Of a stretch of DNA of 64,000 nucleotides, positions 1 through 13,879 are shown piece after piece (the first letter of the stretch is position 1; the number at the start of each line of letters is the position of its first letter). The stretch comes from Basidiobolus meristosporus CBS 931.73 (taxonomy: Eukaryota > Fungi > Basidiobolomycota): NCBI GenBank assembly GCA_002104905.1, contig MCFE01000001.1, positions 186,001 through 250,000 on the forward strand. The letters run 5' to 3'. The translations under genes and the position numbers were made by a program. A model generated the notes under the pieces. It saw only the letters and a list, made by a program, of their open reading frames with translations, searched no databases and was not told the DNA's origin.

Positions 1-82
1 GCCCTGCAAAATTGCCTGAAAGATGAGTCTCAGGGCCTTGTAGCAGCTGTAGAGCACAGAACTGTAAATGAGACTTCAAATT
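1..82 (+). pseudogene. Old copia gag relic (host of the C1-a insertion; continues at 4123-4445)
   Basis: Translates as ..ESQGLVAAVEHRT.., resembling the gag FQGLVSALESR motif of C1 copies. The continuation after the TSD carries a degenerate zinc knuckle (NLLCVYCDRKG). Confidence 0.45.
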
Positions 83-431
83 TGCTGTAAGAGACTTGGA
101 GAAATTGGAGGTGATTAGGAAGACAATCAGACTATGTGGTTTTCATTTAATGATTTAATGAGTGTAAAAGTAGTATTTATACTTTTACATGGTCTTGGCA
201 TAACAAACATGTAGAATTGGTTTAGGAAGGTCCCAAGTATATGCTTGCAAAGCTTGGGGCTGATTGAACAACTTAGTGAATTCTCATGCTCTGGGTACCT
301 GATATTTTGGTGAATATATTCTGAATGAATCCCAACCAGGGATTTGGTCAGTATTCTCTAGGATCTGAAGGTAATGATCTAAGTGACTAGGCTAGCTGAA
401 TATTTAGGTGAAATTGCAAGCTCTTACAACA
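83..431 (-). repeat. 3' LTR of C1-a
   Basis: TG(C)TG...CAACA termini; homologous to 3772-4117; degenerate polypurine tract adjacent at ~432-442. Confidence 0.9.
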
Positions 432-3400
432 CAGCCACTCAACTAAATGTTCATACTGACTAGTCCTAATTTTGACCTATGATATTCAAACTTGTCTCTA
501 GCTAACAGTTTGCTGAGTACACCTGCAATCATATCATCTGTGGGACAGTAAGCTAAGTCAAACAGGTTATCCTCTATAGCTTCACATATGAAATGGTGTA
601 TAATATATATGTGCTTAGTTCTAGCATGAAAAGTTGGATTTCTACCTAATTATATACATCCTTGTTCATCTTGAAATAAAGTAATAAGTGTTTTTTAACA
701 TAAGCCTAATTCTCTAAAAAGCTTCCTTAACCACATTGCTTCTTTTGTAGCTTCACAGGCTGTTATATTACTCTGTCTCTGTGGTAGAAAGTGCTACAGT
801 TGGTTGCTCTCTTGAATTCCATGAAATTGCTCTTTCAGGGTAAAGAAAGGTGTATCCAGTGGTGGATCTTCCATCTTCTAAATTTTGTCCCCAATCAGCA
901 TCAGAGTATCCTGCAAGATCTTGTTCTGACTCCTTATAGGTGTACCCTAAGCAGATATCAGCAGTTTCTCTTAGGTATTTAAAAATACACTTAACTGCTA
1001 CAATAAGATCAAATCCATAGTTCTGATTTTGCTGGCTGACAACTCCCTCTGAATATGAGATATCTGGACATGTTCCAAGCATGATATACATCAGTCTGCT
1101 GACCATAGACTTATTAGAAAACTCAGGGCTTTCAGACAAGACCAAGCCCACTTGATTTGGTTGAGCTTTGACCAAGTTAAGGTTTGTCTCCATTGGGGTA
1201 GCTGCTGGTTTACAGTCTGCCATTTGGTGCTTCTTTAGTATATCTTAAATATACATGGATTGGCTTAGGGTGATAGTTTGGGTACTACTATCTATGGAGA
1301 ACTTTATCCCTAAGTAGCAGCCAACTTCTCCTAGATTGGCCATCTCAAACTCTTTAGATTGGCTGGATTTAGTCTTTTTGAGTGTTTCTAGGTTATTGGT
1401 GGCTATAATAGGATCATTCACATCAAGAGCTAATAGAACTGGACTTGCTCTATCTAGCTTATAGTAAATACTATAGTCAGCATTACTCCTTTGAGACTCA
1501 AAGATTTCAAATAAGAATCTATTTTGCAATTCCAGGCTAGTGGTCATTGTTTGAGTCCACATAGAGACTTTTCAAGCTTGCAGACAATGGGGGTAATCTT
1601 GGTTAGCATATCCATCAGGCTGGTGCATTTACACGTCCTCATCAAGTTTTCCATTCAAAAATGTAGTTTTTACATCCATTTGATGAATAAAAAATTATAT
1701 TTGGCTGCAATAGCCAATATTAATCTGAAGGAATTACGCTTGGCTACCAGTACAAAGGTCTCAGTGTAGGCAAGTCCTTCTGCCTGAGAGAATCCTTTGG
1801 CCAGAAGTCTTACTTTGTATCTTTCAGTTGAACCATCAGCCATGTTTTTATCTTGAAGTCCTATCTACATCCAATTGTTTTTTGGTTGATTGGTAATATG
1901 ATTAAGTCCCATGTTTGATTTTTCAATGGGCCTGATATTACTCTGTTCTTGCAGATCTCCAAAGTTTTGTCTGAGGGCTATTTAGGGCCTCTTTTACATT
2001 CTGAGGTTTATCAATATGGACTGAATAGGCATAGGCTAAGTTTGTACCCTCACTGATATAATAACTTGGGCTATTTCTTGTCCAATTGGATCTCTGGGCA
2101 TTTGATACTGGAATAATCACTTCTGGAATATTCCTGGGCACTGATTCATGCTGAACCACAGTTTTAGGGTCCTCTGGAGTGAACAACACATCACTGTTTT
2201 GCTCTGACTCATTCCTGTAAATTGGTGGACATGGAATCAGATATTTGTCATCATCTGATGTCATTTTATGAGAAGATTTTGAATTTTCATCATGAAACAC
2301 ATGCCTGTACCTGCTCTGCTTCTTGCTTTGGTATTGCAGAGTGTGTATGCATTACTCTCATTTCAGTAGTCCAAAAATATGCCTTTACACTTTTTGGTTC
2401 AATGATTGACTGATTTCCAGGCAGTTTCTTGGCATGTGCTCTACACCTATATATTCTTAGATGTCCTGCACTTGATGTGCATCCACACCATGCTTCAAAT
2501 GGAGTAGCATCACAAAATATTCTGTTATAACTCATATTTTAGGGTATACAACTGTGGCAACTGAATCCACCAAAATATCATAGGATAATTTTTGATCATC
2601 AATCAGAGATCTTGCCATATCTATAATTGATCTGTTAACATGTTCTGCAACTTCATTTTGCTGTGGGGAGTATGGTAGAGTAGTCTCTTGCTTTATCCCA
2701 TGAATTTTGCAGTAGTGGATGAGGAGTTTGAGGTATATTCCCCACTGCTGTCAGTATATTTTCATGATTTTTTCACTAGTTTTTCTTTCCACCATGGCTT
2801 TAAGCTCCCTGAACTTAGACAAAGCTTCTTCATTTTTCTCCATGAAGTGGGCCCCCGTGTTTCTTGCATAATCATCAATAAAAGTGTTTCAATATTTCAT
2901 TCCACCTGAGGATAACTTATGCATAGGGCCACACACATCAGAGTGAATTAGATCTAGTTTTTTCTCAGTTTTAATTAGCCCAGAGCTCTTGAAAAGTTGT
3001 CTGGCATGTTTCCTATGTATCCAGGCTTTATAGTGCTCCCAATTAGCTGGACAATCAACTGTACTCTGGAAACTAGCTGATCCTGGATCATTTTACAAAA
3101 ATAATTAAAACTGATGTGTCCAAGTTTTCTGTGCCAAAACATCAATGCTTCTTCATTTAAGTTACTAATATGGGCTTGCAGGTATGAAGGAATATATTTA
3201 GTCCGTGAATGACTTGATTCTTCATCCAGGGGCCTTCTATATATGCAATTTAATGTGAAATCTTCAGCTCTGGACTCTAGGGCTGATACAAGGCCCTGAA
3301 ACCTGTCTCTCAGGCTATTCAGGATGGCCACTATCACATACATCTCAGTGGTTGGTACACCCATAGAATCCATCTTGTACACCAGCAAGGTAACTGTGCT

Positions 3401-3771
3401 ATCAAATTTATTCTTATCCTCCTGGCAGCATCTTTGTATTAAAGAAACTTTATCCAAGAAACATTCTCTTAGCAGCTGAAGATGACCAGTATGGCTCTTC
3501 TGATGCCTTCCAGACATTCTTTTCCATTGAGGCAAATGCCATCAAAGGCACTTGTTCTTACTCCTGGTACTCCAAGGATTCCTCTACTACATTGTTGGGA
3601 GGGTATTTTTCTCTCATGTCAATATCCAAAAGGCCTCTTTCTTGTAGCAGCATCTTCATCTTCACCTTCCACATTTGGTGGTCAGATCCATCCAACCATT
3701 CAGCAGAGGGAAAAGTTTCAGTAATAGCAAAAGTAAACATTGCAGAGAGTATGAGCTTGGCAGTCATTACC

Positions 3772-4117
3772 TGTGGTAAGAGACTTAGAGCTATTGGATG
3801 TGATTGGGAGGATAAGTGATTATGTGGTTCTTACTCAATGACTTATTGAATGTAAAAGTGGTATTTTTATTTTACATGATCTTGGCATAGCAAGTGCATA
3901 GAATAGGCTTAAAAGGTCCCAAGAACATGTGTGCAGAGTCTGGAGCTATTTGGACATCTTTGAGAATCTTCATCTGCTGGGTGCCTGATACTTTGGTGAA
4001 AGTATTTCAAGTAAATCCCAACAAGGAATATGGCCAGTATTCTCTGGGATCTGAAAGCAATGATCTAAGTGACTACACTATGTGAATATTTAGATGAAAC
4101 TACAAATATTTACAACA
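3772..4117 (-). repeat. 5' LTR of C1-a
   Basis: TGTGGT...CAACA; followed on the minus strand by a degenerate GGTTATGAGCCC-type PBS. Confidence 0.9.
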
Positions 4118-4445
4118 AAATTAGGTCCTGTAAGGCTCCTGGTGAATATCAGCAATACTCAAGACCTAGCAGTTCTAAATTATTTTAGTTCATGGGCAAC
4201 CAAGTGCACAAAAGTATCATCTATATTCCAAGTTCCACATATCTTGTAAGAACTACAAATGAAAGAAGCAACCTTTTGTGTGTCTACTGTGATAGGAAAG
4301 GAAGCTGATCACACCAGTCCCTCAAAAGAGAGATACCTATGGAAATAGCTTGGTCCCATGGGTGGACCTCATCTAATTCAGCCATCTAGATGCTGCAAAG
4401 ATGCCATCATGGTGCCAGCTGATTTGAAATGTTTACCCTTTTTAC

Positions 4446-6018
4446 TCTTGTAAACACATGTAAATCCCACTAAGTACTCACCTAAGTTAGTCACTTAGAT
4501 CATTACCTACAAATCTTAGAGAAAAACTGACCAAATTCCATGTTGGGATTCACCTGGATTTTTTCCCCCAATATCAGGCGCTCAAACATGACACTTACAA
4601 AGTTTTCTAAGCAGGCCCAAAATTTGTATACACTTTCTTGGGGTATTCCCAAACTTAATCTGTGTGTTTGTTATTGCAAGAGAATGTTGTGATATAAATG
4701 CTACCTTTACATTCAATATATCATTCAGTGAAAACCACCAAATCTACTTATCCTTCCATATCACTTCCAGTATCTCCAAGACACTTACAACAGGTTATAA
4801 GCCCAGAGCTGTACTCTCTGCAATGTCTACTACTGTTATTACTGCAATTATTCCCTCCGCTGAAAAGTGGGAAGATTCTCTCTATCAAATATGGAAGTTG
4901 AAGATGATGATGCTGCCGCAAGAAAGGGGCCTTTGGGATATCATCATGGGAGAAGAATGACCTGCTCAGAACACAGGAAAGGAGGCCTCAAAGTACTGCA
5001 AAAAAGAATAAAGTGCCTTTTACAGCATTTGCCTCAACATTAATGACAAATTGCTAATTCAATTCTCAAGGGCAAAACTAGCAAAGAATGCCTGGAAGGC
5101 ACCAGAGATACATACCAGTTATTTTCAGCTGCTAAGAAGTGTATCTTAGACAATTTTTCTTTAATACAAAGATGCTGCCAGGAGATGAAATAAAAAATCT
5201 AATTACAAAATTACCCTGCAGGAGAATGAGATGGAATCTGCAGGTGTACCAGCTACTGAGTAGGAGGTAATACTTACTATCCTGAGTAGCCCAGCAGACA
5301 AGTTTCAGGGCTTTGCATCAGCCCTAGAGTCAAGAACTGAAGATTTCACCTTGAATTACATACTTGGAAGGCCCTTGGATGAAGAATTAAGAGAATTAAG
5401 TGCCAATAAGAATGAAGAGGAGGATGCTTTAATAAGCAATGATAACCAACAAAGAACATACTCAGGAACCTTTAAAGGCAATAGCAACCTGTTTTGCTAC
5501 CACTGCAAACAGAAAGGACACATATTAGACAGGTGCCACCAAAAGAGAGATATAAGCAGAAAATACCTAAGTATGGCAATGCTGCAACAACTGAAGATAG
5601 ACCATTCATATCTGCACTAAGTATGACCACAAACAAAAATTCTGCAAAGTGGTACACTGTCTAGAGAGTATCTTAAAACTTTACACACCAGAAAGTTCTT
5701 TTTACAAAATATCAAGTAGTTCCAGTTGAGAAGGGTTTCATGGGTGACATTAGAATGCTTGTTGCAGTGGGAGAAGGAACTATCCTAGTAAGCCTTAGAA
5801 GCAGAGAAGGAAGCCACACACTTACCAACAAAGAAGTGCTCTATGTATCAGAAATATCCAAGAACCTACTATCTGTAAGCAAGGCCACTGCAGAAGGACT
5901 CAGTTTCAGCTTTGACAATTCTGGATGCAAGATCACTGATCAAAATGGTGCCCATATTGCTTTGGGTATTAGAGATCAGAATCTATACAAGTTGACTTAT
6001 CTTCAGAATGCCACCTAA
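4446..6018 (+). mobile_element. Copia C1-b 5' part: LTR (4446-4792), PBS GGTTATAAGCCCAG (4793-4806), gag-protease pseudogene, truncated
   Basis: LTR homologous to the C1 family, ending CAACA. gag fragments (WKLKMMMLPQERGLWDII), CCHC knuckle CYHCKQKGHILDRC, VLYVSEISKNLLSVSK. Confidence 0.9.
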
Positions 6019-6019
6019 A

Positions 6020-9000
6020 TAAATACATATCCAGGTCATCCAGTCTTTGCATTTGTATTGTTACATATGTGTATGAATATTAATTGAAGCCTGTGAGAAG
6101 TACTTAGGGTAGCAGATACTCTGTAATATCTTGCCAATTTTTTCAAATTTCTCCGGTATCTTGAAGGGCTCATTTAGCTTGAAATGCCCTATGTACAACT
6201 TGGTCATCAGTATAGGGATATTATTGAAAGCAAATGCATTGCTCCCAGTTGAAAGCTTTTTCTCCAACAGTTACCCTTTATCTTAAGTATCTCCAGTTTC
6301 CAGTTGATTCCATATTCCGGCCAATGGCTCATAGCTTGCCAACTTTGCTGCAATTGCATGCTGACTTCTGTACATTCTCTCTGTGGGAAGATGATGTTCT
6401 TAGTGCTGGTGTTTGAGTGATAATAATGTGTGAGAGTTATGGAGTAAGTCCCATGGATTTCATACATTTGACAGCAATACAGTTCAATGTGCCCACAAAA
6501 ACCTGCTATGTTGCTGATGGCTGGGGTATCTCCAATGTAGATAATAATATGTGCTTTTGCACAATGGCCATTTACTGTTATCCTGCTGGAAAGCATATAA
6601 ATCCATTCAGCAATGGATACAGGTACCTATCCAGGTTGGACAGTGATTTAGGTCTAAATACCAGTGACACTACCATCAGATTATGGCTCTGGAACCATAA
6701 GATGGGTAGCAGAATCAGATTGATGAGAATCCATGGCCAGCAGGATTTGCTGGTAGAGTGCTTGTTCAATGAGACCCCATCAAGTGCAAAGACAAAGGCA
6801 TGGTCATACATACCTTCAAAGTAGCCCTTGCTTCTTAGCTGTTTGTAATGTTTGCCATCAAATATATTGGATATGCTAGTGCTTGATTAATACTGAGTGC
6901 GGTACTGTATAGCTTTGCAATATTTGTTGGACTTCATCAGCTTCCTCAAATAGGGTATGACCAGAATGTATCTGGAGTGTGAACAATGTTTTCCCTCAGT
7001 GGTGGTGAATTCCTGACAATTTGGACTTGTTGCAATGGTAGCATTTTTGGATGTGAATGCCATACAACTGTTAACACATGCTGGAATCAGGACAGTCTCT
7101 GCATCATATGTTGCCAGCCTCATAATGGTTGTCCACTTGTACCATGTACATAGTAAGTTGCATCCTGGAATGATTTTAGTATGAAGTAGTAATAAATCCT
7201 CAAAGCCTCCATTACTGATATTAGCAGAAATGCGCCACTTCTCTAGCCACAACATTACATCACTCACCAGTAGATGGATTACTGAGCTCACTTGGCTCCA
7301 TAATGTATCCTTGGCATTTGTCTCAATGGGTGTTGTCTCATTGAATATTGGGATTTGACTAGGCTCATACATTGTACTGTTGTTAAGGGAGATAGGCTCA
7401 CAATCCGTCAGTGAACCTTCTTTGTCAGAGCTATCACTCTGTGTGCCATATTCAGAAGGCTGAGGTGTGCCTAAAGGCATCACAAACTCATTTGACTCAG
7501 TTTGCGCAAGGTGACAAATACAGCTGGGTGCCAATATAGAAATATTAACTGGCCAACAAGATAATATTGGTAAGATAGTGACCAATGAATGGTCAAATAT
7601 GAGTTGTGTGGCAGAACACCAGCCATGATCCTTGTAATACTCCTATGCTGTCTGCATGCTTCATGGCTGAGAGGCTTGCTACAATAGCCATATGGCTTTT
7701 TTCTCTTCTCTTATGGTGTAGAGTCAAAGTAGTCTTGACCATGAGACAAACAGTTTGACTTTCAACAATGTAACACTATCATATCACTTTTTGGTCAATA
7801 CTCCTGTGAATTTAAGGCAGTCTTGTGTTTGAGACATTGCACCTACATGAATGTAAGATTCAATGATGACCCACCATAGTAAGCATTATAAATAAAGTTG
7901 TGGCACCACATACACATGCATATGTAACACTACTTTCCCTTTGTTTGACTCACTTTCATACATATGCCGCCAAAAAATAAAGCAAAGTTGTCTGGTTCCC
8001 AACCACCCCACCACTGACAGCAACAGAAGAATGGTTGGACAACAGCTTGCTTTGACATTCAGTGCAACAAGCAGGACCACATCCAAAAAAGGCCATGTTA
8101 ACAGTTTGCCCACTGAAGGTAATAATGTGGACTTGTCAGGCTCTCAGTCAAGTAGGCAATTGAGAACCTCTGTAGAGCCACATGCTTACGGCTATGCTCA
8201 GGCAGATGAGAATGTAGTAAATGTAGTACCCTTGGTTGAAGACCAGCAAGTGTCCAACACAACACCACTACCACCCATATTACCAAGTATGTTGTCAGCT
8301 CATACTAAAGCAGTAATGAAGCAATCAGGTGCAGTGGCTGATGGGATAGATGCACTGGCCCAGATAAATCAGGAAATAGTACAGAAACAGGATGAGTGAA
8401 TAATATGTGTAGAGCAATCAATATCCCAGTTAGAGAAAGCAGTATCTTTGCTGCAAAGAAGGAACTCAAGTAGCTCAATGTCATAGCAAAGAATTGAGTC
8501 ATTTCCCAATGTAACAGCAGAGGAACATTGTACAGTCTTTGAAACACAACAATAGTGTTGAAAGATAAAGCCCACAGCAAAACTAATCACAGTGTGGGAG
8601 GGAGACAATGAGGTGTTTATACCAAAGCATAAAAATCAAGAGATATTGAAGATCTGTGCAGCCATTGAGTGCAACAATAAAGAGCAGGCTAATATTCAAG
8701 AGGCTGTCAGAAGTCTAGCATGCTATCATCTCAGGGCCAGCATATCATGGGACCATCAGGAACTCAAGGCCAAGCAGAAGCACTTGACTTGTTCCATGAG
8801 CATTATCCCAAATTCAAACAGGCATATGGATTTTGGGCAGTATTGGTGTGCTAAGAGAGTATCTTGAGAATAGCAGAAACCAGCAAAGGCAGAAGTACAA
8901 GGGTGCCATGGCTAAAAACCAGTCACCTCCACAAGAGCCTGTTACAAGCAGGGCCAAAGCTCCAGACAAGTGTCAATGAGATGTCAGGTAGCTAGAAGAG

Positions 9001-9790
9001 TGCCAATTAGGGACAAGCAGGCAGACATGGATGCACCAGCACAACATTTATCAAGGAAAAAGCATAGTACTACTCAAGAAGCATTCAGTCAAAGTAGCAG
9101 TGAAGGACCTGGCAGCAACAAAAACCAGTGGCTCTTACAGGAGCCTGTCACAACTACAGTTGAGAGCTCAAAACAAGCAGAAAAGAAACATCAGGTTGCC
9201 AGAAGAGTGCCAGCAAGGGACAAGCAGGCCAAAACAGATGCATCAGAGCAGAACTTATCAAAGAGAAAATGTATTTCATTAAAAGAAGCACTCAGACAGA
9301 GTAGCAGTGAGAGACCTGGCAGAGAAAAAGGAAATGGCAAAGGGAAAAATGTCAACCCAAGCCTGAGACAGGGAGGTATGCAAAAAAACTGCAGTTTTGG
9401 CCAATCAATGATGCAAGCCCAGAACACACTGATTTCCATCATAGCTCAGAAGAATTTTCAACAAGAAAACAGCTGTTCTCACAAGAGTTGGATGCGCAGC
9501 CAGTTGAGCTACACTCCAGCCAGGTAGATGAGTCTGCAGAAAAAGGCAATTTGTCTACCACAGCCTCCACATCTTCCATTGGTGACAGAGTGGAAGTCCC
9601 ACTGACAGGCAAGACTACAACATCAAGAGCTCAAAAGACAATCTCAATGCCTTCAATGGAGTTTTGGAGTGTTAATAGGCACACCAAGAGGTTGCAGCAC
9701 TTCTTCAAGAGCAGTGCTCAAGAAATGCACTTGAATATTGCAAAGATTTACTGCAAATACTGGCAGATGAGGTGGTAGACCTTGCAGTGC
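6020..9790. mobile_element. Family B (EnSpm/CMC-like) copy B1, truncated at both ends: transposase pseudogene (-) ~6050-7760, ORF2 (+) ~7964-9780
   Basis: Collinear with the near-complete copy 55769-61981. Motifs PACVNSCMAF, ALDG, WPWILINL, GDTPA. Confidence 0.88.
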
Positions 9791-9792
9791 AC

Positions 9793-10120
9793 CAGCTTGG
9801 AAGCTACAAAAGAAGCAATGTGGCTAAGATGGCTTTTTGAAGATTTAGGCTTATGTAACAAAGCACCTATTGCTTTACATCATGATAATCAAGGATTCAT
9901 ACAATTTGGTAGAAATCCAAATTTTATGCCAGAACTAAGAGCATAAATAATGCACATCATTTCATATGTGAAGCTATAGAGAATGACTAGTTAACTTTGT
10001 ATACTGGCCTACAGATGAAATGAGTTCAGACATATTTACCAACCCATTTGATGGAAACAAATTTGAATATCTTAGGCCACAAATAGGACCAGTCAGTATG
10101 AACACTTAGTTAAGTGGAAG
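9793..10120 (+). pseudogene. Copia C1 RNase H C-terminus and polypurine tract
   Basis: EATKEAMWLR...HFICEAIEN homology; AGTGGAAG immediately before the LTR TG at 10121. Confidence 0.85.
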
Positions 10121-11070
10121 TGTTGTAAAATTTGCAATTCTACCTAAATACTCACCTAAGTTAGTCACTCAGATCATTACCTTCAAATCTTGGCAACTAT
10201 TAGCAAATTCATTGTTGGGACTTATAATATTTTCACCAAAATATTGGGTTCCCAGAGCACAAAAAATCTAGAAGTTGTCCAAGCAGCCCCAAGCTTTGCA
10301 CACATGCTCTTGGGACCTCCTTAAGCCTAATCTATATGCTAGTTATGCCAAGACTATGTAAAAGTATTAATACCACTTTTGCACCCAATAAGTCATTAAG
10401 TGAAAATCACATAATAGACTTGTTCCATTGTACTGTCCAGGGTGCATGGCACAATCCATGGTCTCTAAGAACAATTGGGCACAATATTTTAGCTACCAGT
10501 AGGCAGGATTGCTCTTGGACAATTTTGTACCATGTGGGATGATCTTGCCCACTATTGCACAACCTGACACAATGAGGTTGACACGGATGATTGCACCAAC
10601 TTGTACTGTTTGCAGCATGTGCACAATTAGATACTGCTATTATGGTAGGTATAATCTGGTATTTGGATACGTTTCTTTAATGCAAATGGAGATAAATGAG
10701 TATCACACTATAAACTACACTGATACTTACCATTTTGGTTGCCATCACTCTAATTGGATGGTATCTCAGCGGTTAATTGGTCCAAAAGTATCCTGAAGCT
10801 GCAAGTCCCCAATTGGCTCTTTGGCCAATACACAAGCTACCTGATTTGACATTAAGTATCCCATTTTGCCTATTGAGCAAGTAAATCCCTGATCCTAGTG
10901 ATTCAACAAGGCATCATAGCCAGCATGCAACCAATCAAGCAGATGCAAAATGGATCAAATGGCTACACTGGTGTAACAGATGATATATATATATGTATGG
11001 TGTTTATTTATAGGAGTTCTGTCTCAAATGTGAGACAACCTCAATATTGCTTATATCAGAGTTTTAGTGA

Positions 11071-12536
11071 TCACTGATTTGCGGTGGCCTGAGTTGGATT
11101 GCAAAAAAAATGAGTTGTTTGGATCATGACAAATAATATCAATTCAATGCAGTTGCATAATCTTCTCCTAGGTTTCTCCCTCACAGAGATTACTACTGAA
11201 ACATTTGGTAGTGATTCACTTGGCACACCAAAACTACTTCCTTGTTGAATATCCTCTTGGCTACTTATGTATTTGTAGTCAGTATTTTGCCTCCTAGTTG
11301 ATGAGTGCATGATGCAGCTTGGCCATGCTTAATTGCTCCAGATGATGCTGCTGAGCCAGCCTGCAGTGCTATGCACTGATGTATTCTTTTACTTGCCAAA
11401 GGCTCTGGAGGCAAAGGAACTTCATGTGGGTCATCATCAGTCAGTTCACCAGAAGAAGCTCACTGATGGTCAGGTGTAATGGCATGCACAGGCGCAACTT
11501 GATGTGCTAGCAAGGCCCTTGGCTGAGTTTGATATGATGCTGCTTATTGACACAACTTGGCCTGCTCCAATGGACCTGTGTCCAAATGAGCAGCTTGGCA
11601 AGTTCTAGTGGTTTTGCTCTGAAGCGCATGCATTGACCCAACATGTATTTACTCAATGCAGAGTGCTCTTGTGAAGGGTGTTGGAGTAGTTTGAACTGAG
11701 GTGTGCTGGTGCGCTGAAATTGCAGGGGATGTTAATGAATTCAGCTAGGAGTGCTGGTGCAATCTACACGCTGCTGCTTGTGGTATGTATTCTTCCTCTT
11801 GAAGCTCACCTTTTGATTCCTCAAGGTATTCACTTACCCTCTGTCTGATACTTTGAAGTATTGCCTGGATGAGTCCTGTGTATATTGCTCTTGGAAGCCA
11901 CTTAACTCTGTTAATATATCATATAATACATTAGTCATTTGAGGCAAAAACTTACTCAAACGCTCTTTGGTTCCCAAAGTTGACGCACATGCAGACATGT
12001 CTGGCCTGTACTGTGTAAATTGCGTGCAAAACTGTTCCTGTGTGGATTCCTCATCAAATCACCACACTCTCAGCTCATTCTTGATTTCAAAACTTGTCTT
12101 GTTATAGGTCTTCTTACATACATCCACTGGCATCCTTATGTTGAACTCATGCCACAGCATTCTACTCAGGTTCTTCCATTTCTGTTGACTCTCTGAGGTA
12201 TATAGTTCTGCTAGATTAATGAGTAATGCCCAAATATCTGTATGAAGGCTCATCATAGACACTTGGGCTATACTAAAATCATTTGGCAAGAACTTGAACA
12301 AATTTGACATTTACTTCCCTGGTTGGGACTGTTCTTGTGAACTGGGGGATGGGTTTTGTCTGGGTAGTACTAAAGATGAGTGGAGACTTGGTATAGGGAT
12401 CATAGTGCCGGATTTGGATACTTATACAGTAGTATATTGGTATCAACCTGGTCTTATATGAGATATATGTGAAAACTAATGTGATTATTGAGTTTTCCAT
12501 ATATTGTGCATGATGCATCTTGGATTGCATTGACAC
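11071..12536 (-). pseudogene. Accessory ORF of P1, divergent from the transposase; possible Myb/SANT-like (trihelix) N-terminal motif
   Basis: QQKWKNLSRMLWHEFNIRMPVDVCKKTYNK fits a W..L...L.........C...Y helix pattern; conserved in P2 and P3. Confidence 0.55.
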
Positions 12537-12779
12537 GGATCGGATTCCATCAATTGCAGATTTCCTAGTTGATTATAGACTTGTGAGTAATGCATCAACA
12601 AAAATAATAAGTCATTGTTTGAGGATGATTTTTGCAACATAATGTTGGAATACATGGCAATTGATGCAGATTTAATCATAATGCAATGAGAATTAGATAC
12701 ATAATAATAATTGCACCAAATCAAATCAATTTGCCTTAGCCCAATCACCTACCAAATTTAATATGACTTACTCATTGAA

Positions 12780-13645
12780 ATGGTCTTTTCTCATCATCCC
12801 ATCATTATCACTGCATTTCCATTTGACATACTAGAGGAGATCTATACCAATTATTGTGGACCATTTACCCCAATCTACTCAAGGAGATCCTTGTTAAGCT
12901 TCTCTGCTATTACAAGAACTATTGCCCAACAAGGTTTCATCTTGTCATCCATGGCAAATAAAGTCCTAGAAGCTTTCATTTGCAGCTGACAGCAATGGAG
13001 AACCTCCTTGCAGAGGGTACAAATGACTTAGAGCAAGCTTGGAATACTAGGTTCAGAAGCTCCAATAGACTTCCATATCCCAGAGTGCTCAACAACAGGT
13101 TCTATATAAGGAGTATTTTGGATACCTTTCCAGTCAGGATTAACAGACCTTCCAGAGGTCAGAGGCACTTTTTTTCTGGTAAGTACAAGGCACACTGTGT
13201 AAAGTTACAAGCACTGTCTGACATTGAGGGTAACATTATCAGGTTTAGTGGGCCATTTGCTGGAAGTAGGCATGACAAAGCACTTGGGGTAGAGAATCAT
13301 TCAGAATTCAGTGGAGGGGAGAAATGTATGGCAGACTTAGCTTGTATACAAGAGAATTGTCAGAGATCAGGATGCATTACAGCATGTAGGAAGACAAGGA
13401 ATGATGTGCTTAGCAGGAAGCAGAACCTCTACATTGAGATATTTAATCATTTCAGAGTGAGGGTAGAGCATACATATGGATATCTGAGGAGATTTAGCAT
13501 ATATGCTGGTAAATACAGAAGAAATGCATGTATAGGAGAAAATAGCAGAATAGGTAAAATAGTTAAGATACTTATCAATGCACAGTATATTTATACAAGA
13601 AGACATCCATTGAGAGATATGTGTCTGGAGCATTATGAAGAGTAA
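12780..13645 (+). pseudogene. DDE_Tnp_4-type transposase of P1 (~290 aa, one frameshift)
   Basis: ILDTFPV (D), FSGKYKAHCVKLQ, SGPFAGSRHD, CMADLA (D), RVRVEHTYG (E). Confidence 0.9.
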
Positions 13646-13879
13646 ATAAAGCAAAGAAAGTGCTACTCTAAGCAACATAAGTAAGATTGAATTAATTACC
13701 AGTAACTATATCCTACCACTGTCATTATGGTAGAAATTCTAGTGCCAGATAGTGCTGTAGAGTGCTGGATTGATCCAGCACTATAAACAGGCTGGCACTA
13801 TGTGGCACTATCTAACGGAACAAGTCTAATCTACTGCCCTCCCAATCACCTTCAATATCTCCAAGACTTGTGCAACACT

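Larger units (their letters stand above)
83..4117 (-). mobile_element. Ty1/copia LTR retrotransposon C1-a, both LTRs, degenerate gag-pol with internal deletions
   Basis: LTRs at 83-431 and 3772-4117; 5-bp TSD AAATT (78-82 / 4118-4122). ORF fragments with GYSDADWGQ (RNase H), RT motifs, integrase GAG-pre WHRKLGH and gag WKVKMKMLL. Confidence 0.93.
10416..13827 (+). mobile_element. PHIS-superfamily (Pangu/ISL2EU/Harbinger-like) DNA transposon, copy P1, complete ends
   Basis: TIR AGACTTGTTCC...GGAACAAGTCT; 3-bp TSD AAT (10413-15 / 13828-30) confirmed against the empty site in other C1 LTRs; encodes a DDE_Tnp_4-type transposase. Confidence 0.92.
10121..13877 (+). repeat. C1 3' LTR split by transposon P1 (LTR parts 10121-10415 and 13828-13877)
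   Basis: LTR sequence CACAT-AAT-CTACT is interrupted at AAT and resumes at 13828, ending GCAACA at 13877. Confidence 0.9.

Noticed and set aside
12780-13645. Bacterial IS5/ISL2 insertion or contamination
   Set aside because: It is nested with eukaryotic LTR elements, shares their CpG decay and carries an accessory ORF, consistent with a eukaryotic PHIS element.
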